Positions 18,656-28,468 of a DNA stretch of 64,000 nt are shown one piece after another; positions within the stretch are counted from its first letter, which is position 1; every line of letters starts with the position of its first letter. Source of the stretch: Candidatus Heimdallarchaeum aukensis. GTDB lineage: Archaea > Asgardarchaeota > Heimdallarchaeia > Heimdallarchaeales > Heimdallarchaeaceae. The DNA is taken from assembly GCA_021513695.1 (NCBI GenBank), contig CP084166.1:736001-800000 (forward strand). Direction: 5' to 3'. Under the pieces are notes generated by a model, which was not told where the DNA came from, ran no database searches, and was given only the letters and a program-made list of their open reading frames with translations. A program made the position numbers and the translations under genes.

Positions 18656-20325
18656 TTATCCTGATAAACTATTTCAACATCGATTAATGAAGAATAGTTA
18701 ATCTTACAACCCACAAAAGAACAAATTAAAATTAACCCATTTTTGAGTTCAGGAAAATTGTTTCCAAGTTCATTTAAAGTGATTTTTCTTCTTTGTTTAA
18801 TGAATTCTCTTAGATTTTCATATTTTATTTGTGTAATTATTCCAAATTCTGGAACAAAAACAAGGTTATTTTTTTCTATTTGTTCTTTGATTTGTTCGTA
18901 ATCCATGATTTTTTTGATATTATCAACGGAATAAAGACCTAGTTCATCAGCTAATTGATTAATCTCCACTACTTCATTATTGGAGGAGATTAATTCACAT
19001 ATTCCGATAAATTTTGTTATTATTGTTTCAATCCTTTCGCTTATATCAGAATATTTAGATTCAAGTAGATTATGTAACGTTAAACTAGGAATTTTGTTCT
19101 TCTTATAATAAACAATATCTACTGTTTCCAGAATATCATTAAAATGAGACTCTAGTTTTTTATCAACGAGATAGATTATAGGAAGATCAGTTTTCGCTAT
19201 TTCCAGCATTTTTGTTCTTTTTTTATGGATGTATTTTTCTGTATAGAAGCCTACAATTTCAAGGTAAACTTTCTTTTCTCCTCTTTTAAGCGTAAAATCT
19301 GGAACAAATATCTTATCAGCTAAAAAAATAGTTTCTGGTTCTGCTGTAGCTGTCCATCCTTTATTATTTTGCCATTGAGATAAGAAAATTCTTTCAATTT
19401 CTGAGTCTACTTCAAGTTGTTTTTCTTGTTCTCCTTCAGCTACAAATGTGTCTGATTTTCCAAAAGGAAGAGGAGGAGGATTAAAAGAATCTAATTGAAA
19501 AATTAAATTTCTTTTTCTTGGTTTTACTACGCTTTCTAGCTTAAATTGAATATTTTCCAAAAAGCAATATTTTATTATGAACAGAGCTACTGAAGTAATA
19601 TTTTTCCCCCATGTTGAAGCTCCTTCAAAAAATTCTGTAGGCGGTTCAATTTTCACTGAATAAGGAAAGTCAGGGTCATCTGTTTTCAATATTTCAGACC
19701 AAACATAATTAGCTTTAGAAAGAAAGATTATTCTTTTGGAAAATCCTCCAGGTAAGGAGGAAAGATTTATTGAAACATTTAAAGAGAAATTGAGTAGAGT
19801 TTCAATTAGGTCATAATTATATTCTTCTACAAGTTTTTTCGAATCAACATCATTCTCTATAACTTTAGTCAATATTTTCTCATGCTCTTTGTCTGCATAA
19901 AGTAAATTTTCTATATCTTGTTCAGAGATATTTTTTTCTTCCTTTATTTTTTGTAAGAAACTTGTTCTTTCTTCTTTACTTACAAAACCTTCTTGGTAGT
20001 GTTCACTTACAAAATCAAATATAAATTCTCTAAATTCTTCTATAGTTTCTATATTTAGACTTTCAAACTTCACATTAGGTTGCTGAAAGGTAAAATATCT
20101 TCTTGATGAAATTAAAATTGCTTCAGAAATCTTTTCTGATGGAAAAATCTCATTTAGAACCTTAAAATTTATTTCTCTTCTTTTCTTACCAATATTTGTT
20201 TCTAAAAAATTGATTATAACTGCTATTTTATTTTCATCTTTATATGTGAGAAAATAAGGAAAGATTTGCATTTTCTTGTTTATTTTTCTGGTTTCATATT
20301 CAAGTTTTGATAAAGCTAACCTCAC
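18652..20325 (-). CDS. Bax1-like nuclease (DUF790) partner of XPB
   Basis: It sits immediately downstream of, and co-directional with, the XPB helicase, with a 14-nt gap. This is the canonical archaeal xpb-bax1 arrangement. The size (557 aa) is consistent. The call rests on synteny, not on a verified motif. Confidence 0.55.
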   Translation of the reverse strand: MRLALSKLEYETRKINKKMQIFPYFLTYKDENKIAVIINFLETNIGKKRREINFKVLNEIFPSEKISEAILISSRRYFTFQQPNVKFESLNIETIEEFREFIFDFVSEHYQEGFVSKEERTSFLQKIKEEKNISEQDIENLLYADKEHEKILTKVIENDVDSKKLVEEYNYDLIETLLNFSLNVSINLSSLPGGFSKRIIFLSKANYVWSEILKTDDPDFPYSVKIEPPTEFFEGASTWGKNITSVALFIIKYCFLENIQFKLESVVKPRKRNLIFQLDSFNPPPLPFGKSDTFVAEGEQEKQLEVDSEIERIFLSQWQNNKGWTATAEPETIFLADKIFVPDFTLKRGEKKVYLEIVGFYTEKYIHKKRTKMLEIAKTDLPIIYLVDKKLESHFNDILETVDIVYYKKNKIPSLTLHNLLESKYSDISERIETIITKFIGICELISSNNEVVEINQLADELGLYSVDNIKKIMDYEQIKEQIEKNNLVFVPEFGIITQIKYENLREFIKQRRKITLNELGNNFPELKNGLILICSFVGCKINYSSLIDVEIVYQDN

Positions 20326-20339
20326 TTTAATCCCTTATC

Positions 20340-21746
20340 CTAAATAATTTCACTTTTCTTTCTCCTTTTTGCCGTCGAAACTTCTAAACTGCTTGATGTT
20401 ACAAGTTCATACAGTTTCACTTTTTCTGTTTTGGGTCTTAATAACCTGCCTAAACGTTGAATAAATTGTCTTGATTGCCCAGAACCACTAACTATAATTC
20501 CTACATTAGCTTCTTTTACATCTAATCCTTCATCCAAAACTTTACCCGTAACTAATTTTGAATACTTTCCTTCTTTGAATTTCTTGAGAATAACGTTTCT
20601 TTCCGAACTTTTTGTTTCGTGAGTGATTGAAGGAATAAGAAATCTTTTGCTTATCATATAGACCATATCATTGAATTCGCTAAAAATGAGTACTCGATCA
20701 CTCTTATGCCTTTTTAGTAATTCTGCTATTTTAACCAATTTAGATTGAGAAGAATAAACAATTGTTCGTGCTTTCCTATGTGCTTCTAAAGCTTCTTTAG
20801 CTTCTGGGTCAACATTTACTCTAAAGACTAAATAACGTTCATAATCTTTGGGAGATCTTATTTGAATTTTTCTTTTTCTTAAATAAGAGCGGTAAATGTT
20901 CATATATTTTTCATATTGCATTTGCTCTTTTTGGAACAAATCAATTTCAATTGTCTCTAAATCAAATTTGGCAACAAAACCTTCATTTACTAAATCAGAA
21001 ATAGTAGAAACAACGATTTGAGGACCAATTAATGTATAAAGTTCTTTTTCACCACTATCTGCTCTATCAGGTGTTGCAGTCAATCCTAATCGATAAGGAG
21101 CAGGAAATCCTTCTGCTATCTTAATTGTTTTTTCTGCAGGAAGATGGTGGACTTCATCAAAAATAATAAACGAAAAATGTTTTCTTAATGTGTTAATATT
21201 TTGCCTTGCACTTGCATAGGTTGTTACTGTAATATCTTTAATTTCTTTGACATTATCACCAAATTGACCTACCATTTCTCTTGTTATTGAAGTAAACTCT
21301 ACAATCGCTTTTATCCACTGCTCTAATAGGTTAATTACAGGAACAACAATCAATGTTTTTTGTTTTATTTTTTCTAAAGCTGAAAGACCAATAATTGTTT
21401 TTCCTGCAGCTGTAGGTAAGATAACTACTCCTCTATATTTGTTTAAAGTAAATCTTGTTAAGGTTTCTTTTTGATAATCTCTAAGTTGAACATTCAATTT
21501 AAGAGCTTGTTTGTATTCGTCTGATAAATGAATCTCTTCCAAGATTGTTGAATTAACAAAAAACCCTTCTCTTTTTAGTCTTTCAACTATTGTTTGATAA
21601 CGAAAAGGAAGAGCTCTATACTCATTTTCAACTTTTTTACTTATTTTAACTATTCTTGACCATTTCTTCATTTCTAAAGGGTGTGATGTCTGAATTATTA
21701 AATCAAAAGCAAGACCTAGTTTCACTTTAGCTTCTTTTCTATTCAT
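20340..21746 (-). CDS. xpb: XPB/Rad25-type SF2 DNA helicase
   Basis: Q-motif RDYQKE, Walker A LPTAAGKT, motif II DEVHH, and motif VI QRLGRLLR. There is an N-terminal damage-recognition-like domain. Confidence 0.75.
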   Translation of the reverse strand: MNRKEAKVKLGLAFDLIIQTSHPLEMKKWSRIVKISKKVENEYRALPFRYQTIVERLKREGFFVNSTILEEIHLSDEYKQALKLNVQLRDYQKETLTRFTLNKYRGVVILPTAAGKTIIGLSALEKIKQKTLIVVPVINLLEQWIKAIVEFTSITREMVGQFGDNVKEIKDITVTTYASARQNINTLRKHFSFIIFDEVHHLPAEKTIKIAEGFPAPYRLGLTATPDRADSGEKELYTLIGPQIVVSTISDLVNEGFVAKFDLETIEIDLFQKEQMQYEKYMNIYRSYLRKRKIQIRSPKDYERYLVFRVNVDPEAKEALEAHRKARTIVYSSQSKLVKIAELLKRHKSDRVLIFSEFNDMVYMISKRFLIPSITHETKSSERNVILKKFKEGKYSKLVTGKVLDEGLDVKEANVGIIVSGSGQSRQFIQRLGRLLRPKTEKVKLYELVTSSSLEVSTAKRRKKSEII

Positions 21747-21918
21747 TCTTTATCTCTCTACACCTTATTCGAGTAAAATTAACTATAAAAATATGACTAG
21801 AATATTACTAGAATTGTATTTTTCTATTTCTTAAGAAAACAAGTTCGTTATTCTTTTTTTTAAAAGAATAGCTTTATTAAAGCCTTATTTCAATGAATTC
21901 CAAGAAGGGAAAGTCGAA

Positions 21919-22764
21919 ATGGTAGCAGAGGATAATATACATCATTCATATGACTCTACTGAAGGTGAGTTTACTGTAAAAGCAACTAATCTTGTTAAAA
22001 GGTTTGGTGATGTAATTGCTGTAAATAACCTTACTTTTAACGTGAGAAAAGGAGAGATTTTTGGACTTTTGGGACCAAATGGAGCAGGAAAAACAACTAC
22101 TGTAAAAATGATATTAGGATTATTGGAACCTGATGAGGGAGAAATAAGAGTATTTGATCTTCATCCTGAAAAAGATGAAATCGAGGTTAAAAAAAGAGTA
22201 GGGTATGTCTCAGAAGAACCTCTAATTTACCGTTCTATGACTGCTAGACAATTATTTAATTTTGTAGCTTCCTTAAGGAATTTGGAACCAGAAGAATTTA
22301 ACCAGAAGCTTCAATCCCTTTTAGAAAGTTTTGAAGCTCTACCTTATTATGATAAAATAATAGCTACTCTTTCAAGAGGAAATAAGCAAAAAATGCAAGT
22401 TATTGCTTCCTTATTACATGAACCAGATTTGCTAATTATGGATGAACCTCTAACCGGATTAGATGCAAAATCAGCTAAAGTCCTAAAAGAAATCTTAGAG
22501 ATGCATAAAGAAAAAGGAGGTTCGGTTATTCTTTCTACCCACATTTTAGAGATCGCTGAAGAGCTATGCGACAGAATAGCAATAATTGATCATGGAAAAT
22601 TGGTAGCTTTAGGTACAATAGAAGAGCTGTCTCATTTAGCTAACAAAGTAGGAGCCGACCTTGAAGATATTTTCCTAAAACTAATCAATCAAGATGAATC
22701 CGTGGATATAATTGTTGATAAATTGAGAAAGTCTTTGAAAAATGGAAAAAACAACAAGAAATAG
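21919..22764 (+). CDS. ABC transporter ATP-binding protein
   Basis: Walker A GPNGAGKTT, the signature LSRGNKQKM, Walker B LLIMDEPLTGLD, and an H-loop. Confidence 0.9.
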   Translation: MVAEDNIHHSYDSTEGEFTVKATNLVKRFGDVIAVNNLTFNVRKGEIFGLLGPNGAGKTTTVKMILGLLEPDEGEIRVFDLHPEKDEIEVKKRVGYVSEEPLIYRSMTARQLFNFVASLRNLEPEEFNQKLQSLLESFEALPYYDKIIATLSRGNKQKMQVIASLLHEPDLLIMDEPLTGLDAKSAKVLKEILEMHKEKGGSVILSTHILEIAEELCDRIAIIDHGKLVALGTIEELSHLANKVGADLEDIFLKLINQDESVDIIVDKLRKSLKNGKNNKK

Positions 22765-24508
22765 AGGGATAGGAGTGGCTAGTTTAATTTCTTTGTATAA
22801 ATTATCGAAAAGAGTTTATCATGAATCAATTTTACATTCTCAATTAGAATCATCTGGTAGCAATATTGCCAAATTATTAGAGAGAATAGGTAGAAATCCA
22901 AAAATCATCTCTTCTCAACCAAAAATAATGAAATTTTTGTCTTCTTTTTACATTCTCTTTTTAACAATAATCCCTGTAAGATCCATAACCGTAGTTAATT
23001 TTATAATATCAAGTAACAAACCCTCCCACACTCAAATACCACAACAGTGGATTACACTTGTAGGAAGTATGATGTCCAGTGCTTTTTTACTTTTAGAACC
23101 TTTTATTCTGATAATTTTTTCTATAATGATGACTTGGGGATTGTTCTCACCAGAAATTTATGCTTGGCCACAAACTCTACCTCTTAGAAAAAAAGATGTT
23201 GAAAAATTAAGCCTTTTAACCTTCATAAGAGGAATAAACATTCAATTACTCTTTATGATATTAGTATTTCCTTTAGGAATAGCTATAGGCATTTTAATTG
23301 ATTTTTCACTTTATTCACCTATAATGGCCTTTTTATTAATTCTTACTGCACTTATTATATCAATAGTCTCAGCTTTCTTCAATTTAGGTGTTGTTGTTTT
23401 TATTTCCAAAAAAATGTATATTTTGATGGATGAAAAAGAAGACAATTCAGGGAAATCTTCAATAATTAAAACAACTATTTCGCTCCTTTATTTAATTTTT
23501 TCAATGACTTTAATGTATATTATCCAAATCTCAATTGAAAAAATTCCTGATTACTTTACAACAGTTCTACTGTCAAATGAACAATCTTTATTGGTTAACA
23601 ATATTTTAAGCTTTATTCCATTTCCTTTCTCTGGGGGATACTTGATTACTATCCTTATAACAAATCATTCTCTTTACTTTTCACCTATTACAGTCATTGG
23701 TTCCATAACTGGCTTGATTGTATTTGCAATTCTCACCTATTTTCTAATAAAACATTCTGTAAGTACGCTTCTAAACACACCTAAAATAAAATCGGATTCA
23801 ATGAAAGAAAAAAGGAATAAAAAAGAAATAATTGTTCAATTGCAAACAACTTCTCCTCTAAAAGCATTTATTCGGAGAGATCTGACAATAATTTCAAGAG
23901 ATATGCAATTGATAATGGTTTTTGTCATGCCAATTGTTATTCCAATCTTTGCAGTGATTACAGATATTGAAGACAATGTTTTATTAAATGAGGTTGGACT
24001 TACAGGAGCTTTTCTCTCTGTCTTATTTTACATAGCTTTGACTACTTACATGATAATAACAGGTGTTACAAACATTGAATCTGGAGGAGAAACAATTACC
24101 TCATCAATTCCAATAAGAACAAGAGATCAAGTTAAGAGTAAAATTCCCTACTTTTTCACATCAATAGTTCTAGCTTTTCTTATATGGCACTTGTTTTTCA
24201 TTAATGATGAATTTTTCTCGAAAATGATAGTATTTGGTCTTGTTTATCTTCCAGTTATCCCTTTAGCAGGTATAGGAGGATTGTTTTTCAAAATACTCAT
24301 GTTTGGAAAGTTAAGATACAAGTATGTAGTAGAAGAAATAAAAACAGAACATCGTTTTATTAAACATATTAGTTCATTTCTGTTTGTTCTACTATCTTTG
24401 TTACTTTTTGTAGGACTCTCTTTCCTTGGATATGGGGCTTTGGGAATAGGAGAAATAGTTTACTTGACTCTATTAATTGTTGTATTTAATCATATGTTCC
24501 CGAAGTAA
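22742..24508 (+). CDS. polytopic membrane protein, probable permease partner of the ABC ATPase
   Basis: Its start overlaps the ATPase stop by 23 nt. It has at least 12 hydrophobic segments and no other motifs. Confidence 0.5.
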   Translation: MEKTTRNRGIGVASLISLYKLSKRVYHESILHSQLESSGSNIAKLLERIGRNPKIISSQPKIMKFLSSFYILFLTIIPVRSITVVNFIISSNKPSHTQIPQQWITLVGSMMSSAFLLLEPFILIIFSIMMTWGLFSPEIYAWPQTLPLRKKDVEKLSLLTFIRGINIQLLFMILVFPLGIAIGILIDFSLYSPIMAFLLILTALIISIVSAFFNLGVVVFISKKMYILMDEKEDNSGKSSIIKTTISLLYLIFSMTLMYIIQISIEKIPDYFTTVLLSNEQSLLVNNILSFIPFPFSGGYLITILITNHSLYFSPITVIGSITGLIVFAILTYFLIKHSVSTLLNTPKIKSDSMKEKRNKKEIIVQLQTTSPLKAFIRRDLTIISRDMQLIMVFVMPIVIPIFAVITDIEDNVLLNEVGLTGAFLSVLFYIALTTYMIITGVTNIESGGETITSSIPIRTRDQVKSKIPYFFTSIVLAFLIWHLFFINDEFFSKMIVFGLVYLPVIPLAGIGGLFFKILMFGKLRYKYVVEEIKTEHRFIKHISSFLFVLLSLLLFVGLSFLGYGALGIGEIVYLTLLIVVFNHMFPK

Positions 24509-24559
24509 CTTTTTTTCATTTTTTATTAATTGTTAATTAGAAACTAATAAAAACGTTAA

Positions 24560-25759
24560 TTGAATTATATTCTTATGGCAAAGATAACGAAATTTTATGG
24601 TACTGCATGGTGTAGAGATTGTAAACAAGCAAAGGCATTTTTAGCTAAACATAGAATAGAATATAATTACATAGATATAGATTATGATGAAGAAGCTTCT
24701 GAAATTGTTAAAAAACTTAATAATGGTAAACGCAAAGTCCCAACTATTACATTTGATGATGGCACATTTTTAGTTGAACCTTCAGATGCAGAACTAGCAG
24801 AGAAGCTTGGTTTAATTCCAAAAATAGAAAAAGAAGAATATGATTTGGTAATTATTGGAGGAGGACCTGCTGCACTTACTTGTGCAATATATACTTCAAG
24901 AGAAGGAATATCAACCCTTGTCCTAGAAAAAGGTTCTTTTGGAGGACAAATGGGATATACAAACAAGATTGATAATTATCCTGGTTTTCCTGAAGGAATA
25001 ACAGGTAAAGAACTTGCAGAAAAATTTGTTCTTCATGCAAAGAAATTCGGAGCAGAACTTGTAAATGCTGTTGAAGTACAAAATGTTACTAAACTTGATG
25101 ATGATATTTTTGAAATAACTACTTCTACAGGTGTTAAAATTAAGGCTAAAGCAGTTGTAGTCGCAACTGGAACAACTTATCGCTCCTTGGGTGTCCCTGG
25201 AGAAGAAATACTTTTAGGATATAAAATCCATTTTTGTGCCACTTGTGATGGCCCATTCTATAAAGGTAAACATATTCTTGTAATAGGTGGAGGAAATAGT
25301 GCTTTTGAGGAATCTATGTTTTTAGCCAAGTTTGCCGAAAAAGTTGCAATTATTGAGATAATGGATCATTTCAATGCTTCAAAAATAATTCAAGAAAAAG
25401 CTTTATCCAATCCTAAAATCGAAGCTTTTACCAGTTATGAAACAAAAGAATTTATTGTTGGTCAAAGAAAAACATTAGAAGCTGTTGTCTGTTATGACAG
25501 AGCTAATAACAAAGAAGTGATTCTCAAACCAGATGCAGTTTTTGAATATGTAGGATTAAAACCTAACATCGAACCTGTAAAAGACCTTGTCGAATTAGAC
25601 AAAAATGGCTTTATTAAAACAGATGAGCACTTTATGACTTCAGTTAAAGGTCTATTTGCAGCAGGAGATTGTAGAGGAGGATCAATCCAACAAGTAACAT
25701 CATCAACAGGAGAAGGAACAGCTGTAGCTCTTCATATAAGAGAATTTTTGAATTCATAA
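24560..25759 (+). CDS. glutaredoxin-like domain fused to thioredoxin-disulfide reductase
   Basis: N-terminal Grx fold with WCRDCKQ (CxxC). This is followed by a TrxR FAD motif (YDLVIIGGGPAALTCAIY), the redox CATCDG and an NADPH motif (VIGGGNSA). ATG at 24575 (MAKIT...) is an alternative start. Confidence 0.8.
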   Translation: MNYILMAKITKFYGTAWCRDCKQAKAFLAKHRIEYNYIDIDYDEEASEIVKKLNNGKRKVPTITFDDGTFLVEPSDAELAEKLGLIPKIEKEEYDLVIIGGGPAALTCAIYTSREGISTLVLEKGSFGGQMGYTNKIDNYPGFPEGITGKELAEKFVLHAKKFGAELVNAVEVQNVTKLDDDIFEITTSTGVKIKAKAVVVATGTTYRSLGVPGEEILLGYKIHFCATCDGPFYKGKHILVIGGGNSAFEESMFLAKFAEKVAIIEIMDHFNASKIIQEKALSNPKIEAFTSYETKEFIVGQRKTLEAVVCYDRANNKEVILKPDAVFEYVGLKPNIEPVKDLVELDKNGFIKTDEHFMTSVKGLFAAGDCRGGSIQQVTSSTGEGTAVALHIREFLNS

Positions 25760-25938
25760 TTCCCACTATTTGTGTATGACTTTTTTCTCAACCCTCCTTT
25801 CTTTCCTTGTAGTTTATTTTTCGTGGTTAAGTTATCAAATGATTAAACTCTTGTTATCTTTCTTGAAAGACAGAGTGCGAAAAACTTACGTAAAAAGTAA
25901 TCATTAAACTTATAATTCCGTCTGTTTCTTTTTTTACA

Positions 25939-27009
25939 ATGGGTGATAAATACAAATTTATTGTTAATCCTAACGCAGGTTTAGGAAAGTGCATTGATAG
26001 GTGGGAAATAGCAGAAAAAATAATCAAGGAATATTCTGTTGACTATGATGTTGAATTTACTTCAGGACCTTTTCAAGCTGAAGATCTCGTAATCAAAGCT
26101 GTTAATGAGGGGTACAATAAAATTGTCTCTGTTAGTGGAGATGGAGTTCTAAATGAAATAACAAATGGTTTAATGAAGGTTCCTGAAGAAAAAAGGAAAA
26201 AGGTTTCATTAGGTGTATTACCTTTTGGAACTGGAAATGATTATAACACTGTTCTTGGTTTTCCTTGGAGCCCAAAAAATGCAATTGTGCATTTGATGGA
26301 GAAATCGGCAACCAGTCCAGTATCTATAGGAAAGATGAAAGTAGTAGATACAGGGTTAGAAAAGTATTTTATCAATGTTTTAGACGTAGGTATCTCTAGT
26401 ATTGTCGGACACGCTGCAAATTTAGGAGAAGGATCATTTATTAAGGGGCCAAGTAAATATACCTATTTAGCTCTAAAGAAATTATTAACAGTAAAACAGA
26501 TTAAAGCTAATATAAAACTAGATGAAAAAGAATTTTTGCCTATTAAGCTAATGATGGTAACTATTGGAACAGGAAAGTGTAATGGTGGTGGGATGTTATG
26601 TTGTGTAGACGCACATCCTCAGCATGATAGCTTTAATGTTTTTATAACTAAATCAGTTACCAAGCTTCAAACATTGATTGGAATAGGTAGGATAAAAGAC
26701 GGAAAGCATAAAACAATGAAAGGAACATTATTCACTTATGCTAAAAAAGTGGAAATAAAAACAGAGAAACCCATTGCTTTTCAATTTGATGGAGAAGTCT
26801 ATATTCCACCAAAATATCCTCAATCTTCTGTGGGTACGCATATGATAGCAGAAATTATTCCTCAAGCATTGAACGTGATTTATAATACTGAACATAAGTC
26901 AATGGATTGGTTAAATCAAGAGGAATTATTAGAAGGAAAGATGCCTTCTTTAGAAGAGAAAAAGGATTGGTCTCACAAAAAATACAGAAAATGGTTAGAG
27001 CAGAATTAG
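25939..27009 (+). CDS. DAGK_cat-family lipid kinase (diacylglycerol/sphingosine-kinase-like, YegS-type)
   Basis: FIVNPNAGLGK, VSGDGVLNEI (GGDG-like) and GTGNDY motifs. Confidence 0.7.
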   Translation: MGDKYKFIVNPNAGLGKCIDRWEIAEKIIKEYSVDYDVEFTSGPFQAEDLVIKAVNEGYNKIVSVSGDGVLNEITNGLMKVPEEKRKKVSLGVLPFGTGNDYNTVLGFPWSPKNAIVHLMEKSATSPVSIGKMKVVDTGLEKYFINVLDVGISSIVGHAANLGEGSFIKGPSKYTYLALKKLLTVKQIKANIKLDEKEFLPIKLMMVTIGTGKCNGGGMLCCVDAHPQHDSFNVFITKSVTKLQTLIGIGRIKDGKHKTMKGTLFTYAKKVEIKTEKPIAFQFDGEVYIPPKYPQSSVGTHMIAEIIPQALNVIYNTEHKSMDWLNQEELLEGKMPSLEEKKDWSHKKYRKWLEQN

Positions 27010-27056
27010 CTATTTTTCTACTCAAACTTTTTTGTTCTAATTTTCTATTTTTCATC

Positions 27057-27908
27057 TTAAGAAGCTAGCATCACTCTTCTTGATTCAGGTCTGTATATAA
27101 CAACTCCAATCTCATGCATGAAACTTACTGCTCTTTTTACTTCAACAGCTGAAAGGTTCAATATTGCTGTTAATTCGTCTAGAGTAAGACTATTTGATTT
27201 TGAGTCCTGTAAAGCTAAAAAAACTCTTCCATGGTCGGTAGAATTTAATAGTATCCTTAAAAGTGAAGATTGCTCCTCTCTTTTTGTTTCTTGGAGCTCT
27301 TTCTCTTGTGCAATGCTTTTTTCTGTCTCTTCTTTTAATTGCTCTTTTTCTTGTTTAATTTTTTCTACTTCCTCTGTCTTTTCTTTTAATTGTCTTTCTA
27401 AATCTATTAATTTAGAAGATAAGTCGGTATTCTCAACGTTAAGTTGCTCCGTTTCTAATTTTAAGTTGTTAAATTCTCTCATCTTGACTTCAAGATCTTT
27501 TTCAATCATCACTTGTTTCTCTTTTAGTTGAGAAATTAAAGCTTCTTTTTCATCTAAAAGAGTGGTTAACCTTTTAATTTCTTTTACTTTTTTTTCTATT
27601 ACTTTGTTAAGATCTTCTAGATATGAGTTAGATTTAGACATTTCATCTTTAAGTTCTTCAATTTTTTTATCTTGTAAATTAGATCTGGAAATAATTAATT
27701 CTGAAATATCAATTATTTTGTTATTGAATGACTTTTCAGTTTCATTGATGTATTGTTTTAAATCTTCTTTGAGATCTGTTATATTTTTTGAGCTATCTTT
27801 TTTTTGAGCATCCAGTTGAATTTCAATACTCGATTTTAGTTCTGATAGTGTGTCGGAGATTTTAATTACCGATTCTAATATTTGCTCTATATCTTTACCT
27901 TTAACCAT
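27057..27908 (-). CDS. coiled-coil protein with C-terminal winged-helix-like domain
   Basis: About 200 aa of heptad-rich coiled coil (LKEEL/EKE repeats) followed by LTLDELTAILNLSAVEVKRAVSFMHEIGVVIY, which is wHTH-like. Confidence 0.45.
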   Translation of the reverse strand: MVKGKDIEQILESVIKISDTLSELKSSIEIQLDAQKKDSSKNITDLKEDLKQYINETEKSFNNKIIDISELIISRSNLQDKKIEELKDEMSKSNSYLEDLNKVIEKKVKEIKRLTTLLDEKEALISQLKEKQVMIEKDLEVKMREFNNLKLETEQLNVENTDLSSKLIDLERQLKEKTEEVEKIKQEKEQLKEETEKSIAQEKELQETKREEQSSLLRILLNSTDHGRVFLALQDSKSNSLTLDELTAILNLSAVEVKRAVSFMHEIGVVIYRPESRRVMLAS

Positions 27909-28468
27909 ACTAATATAGAAAGTAAAAAAATATTAAAAGTTTTTTAAGGAATAATTGCAATTTTTTGTTCTATTACCTTAAAATTTTAGGAACTATAGAA
28001 CTTGAAAAAGGTAATTTAGATAAAGCAGAAAAACAACCAGAAAAAACGCTTGAATTAAATGAATATTTCACTCTTGAATGGGAAAATTTAGCTTTTGTCA
28101 GGACACAATTAGGAAATAAAAAGGAGCTAAGGAAGCAGAAAAGAAACTAAAAGAAATTTTGTCATCTTTCTTGGCTTGGAGAAGTAAAACAGGCAACAAT
28201 TATTTAAATTTGTTAGTTACTGTCCAATTCTCACTATATTACAACCCTTTTTGTAATGAGTAGAAAAATCTTCAATAAGTACATAGCTAGTTTTAATAGA
28301 AATTAAAAACGAGAAAACTCTATCTTTATGCAATAAACTATTAGGAATTTTTCTATTCTTTTTTTTATGATATTAAAAAAATAGATTATATGATTACTTG
28401 AGAAACAAAATAGTAGAAGTATGATGTTTTCGAAAAACACTAATACATAAAGAAATTGTAGGTTTATA

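Noticed and set aside
27965-28150. 61-aa ORF in a 560-bp intergenic region with a TPR-like motif (LEWENLAFVRTQLGNKKE)
   Set aside because: It has a TTG start and is too short for a TPR protein. It may be a gene remnant, but evidence is insufficient to call a pseudogene.
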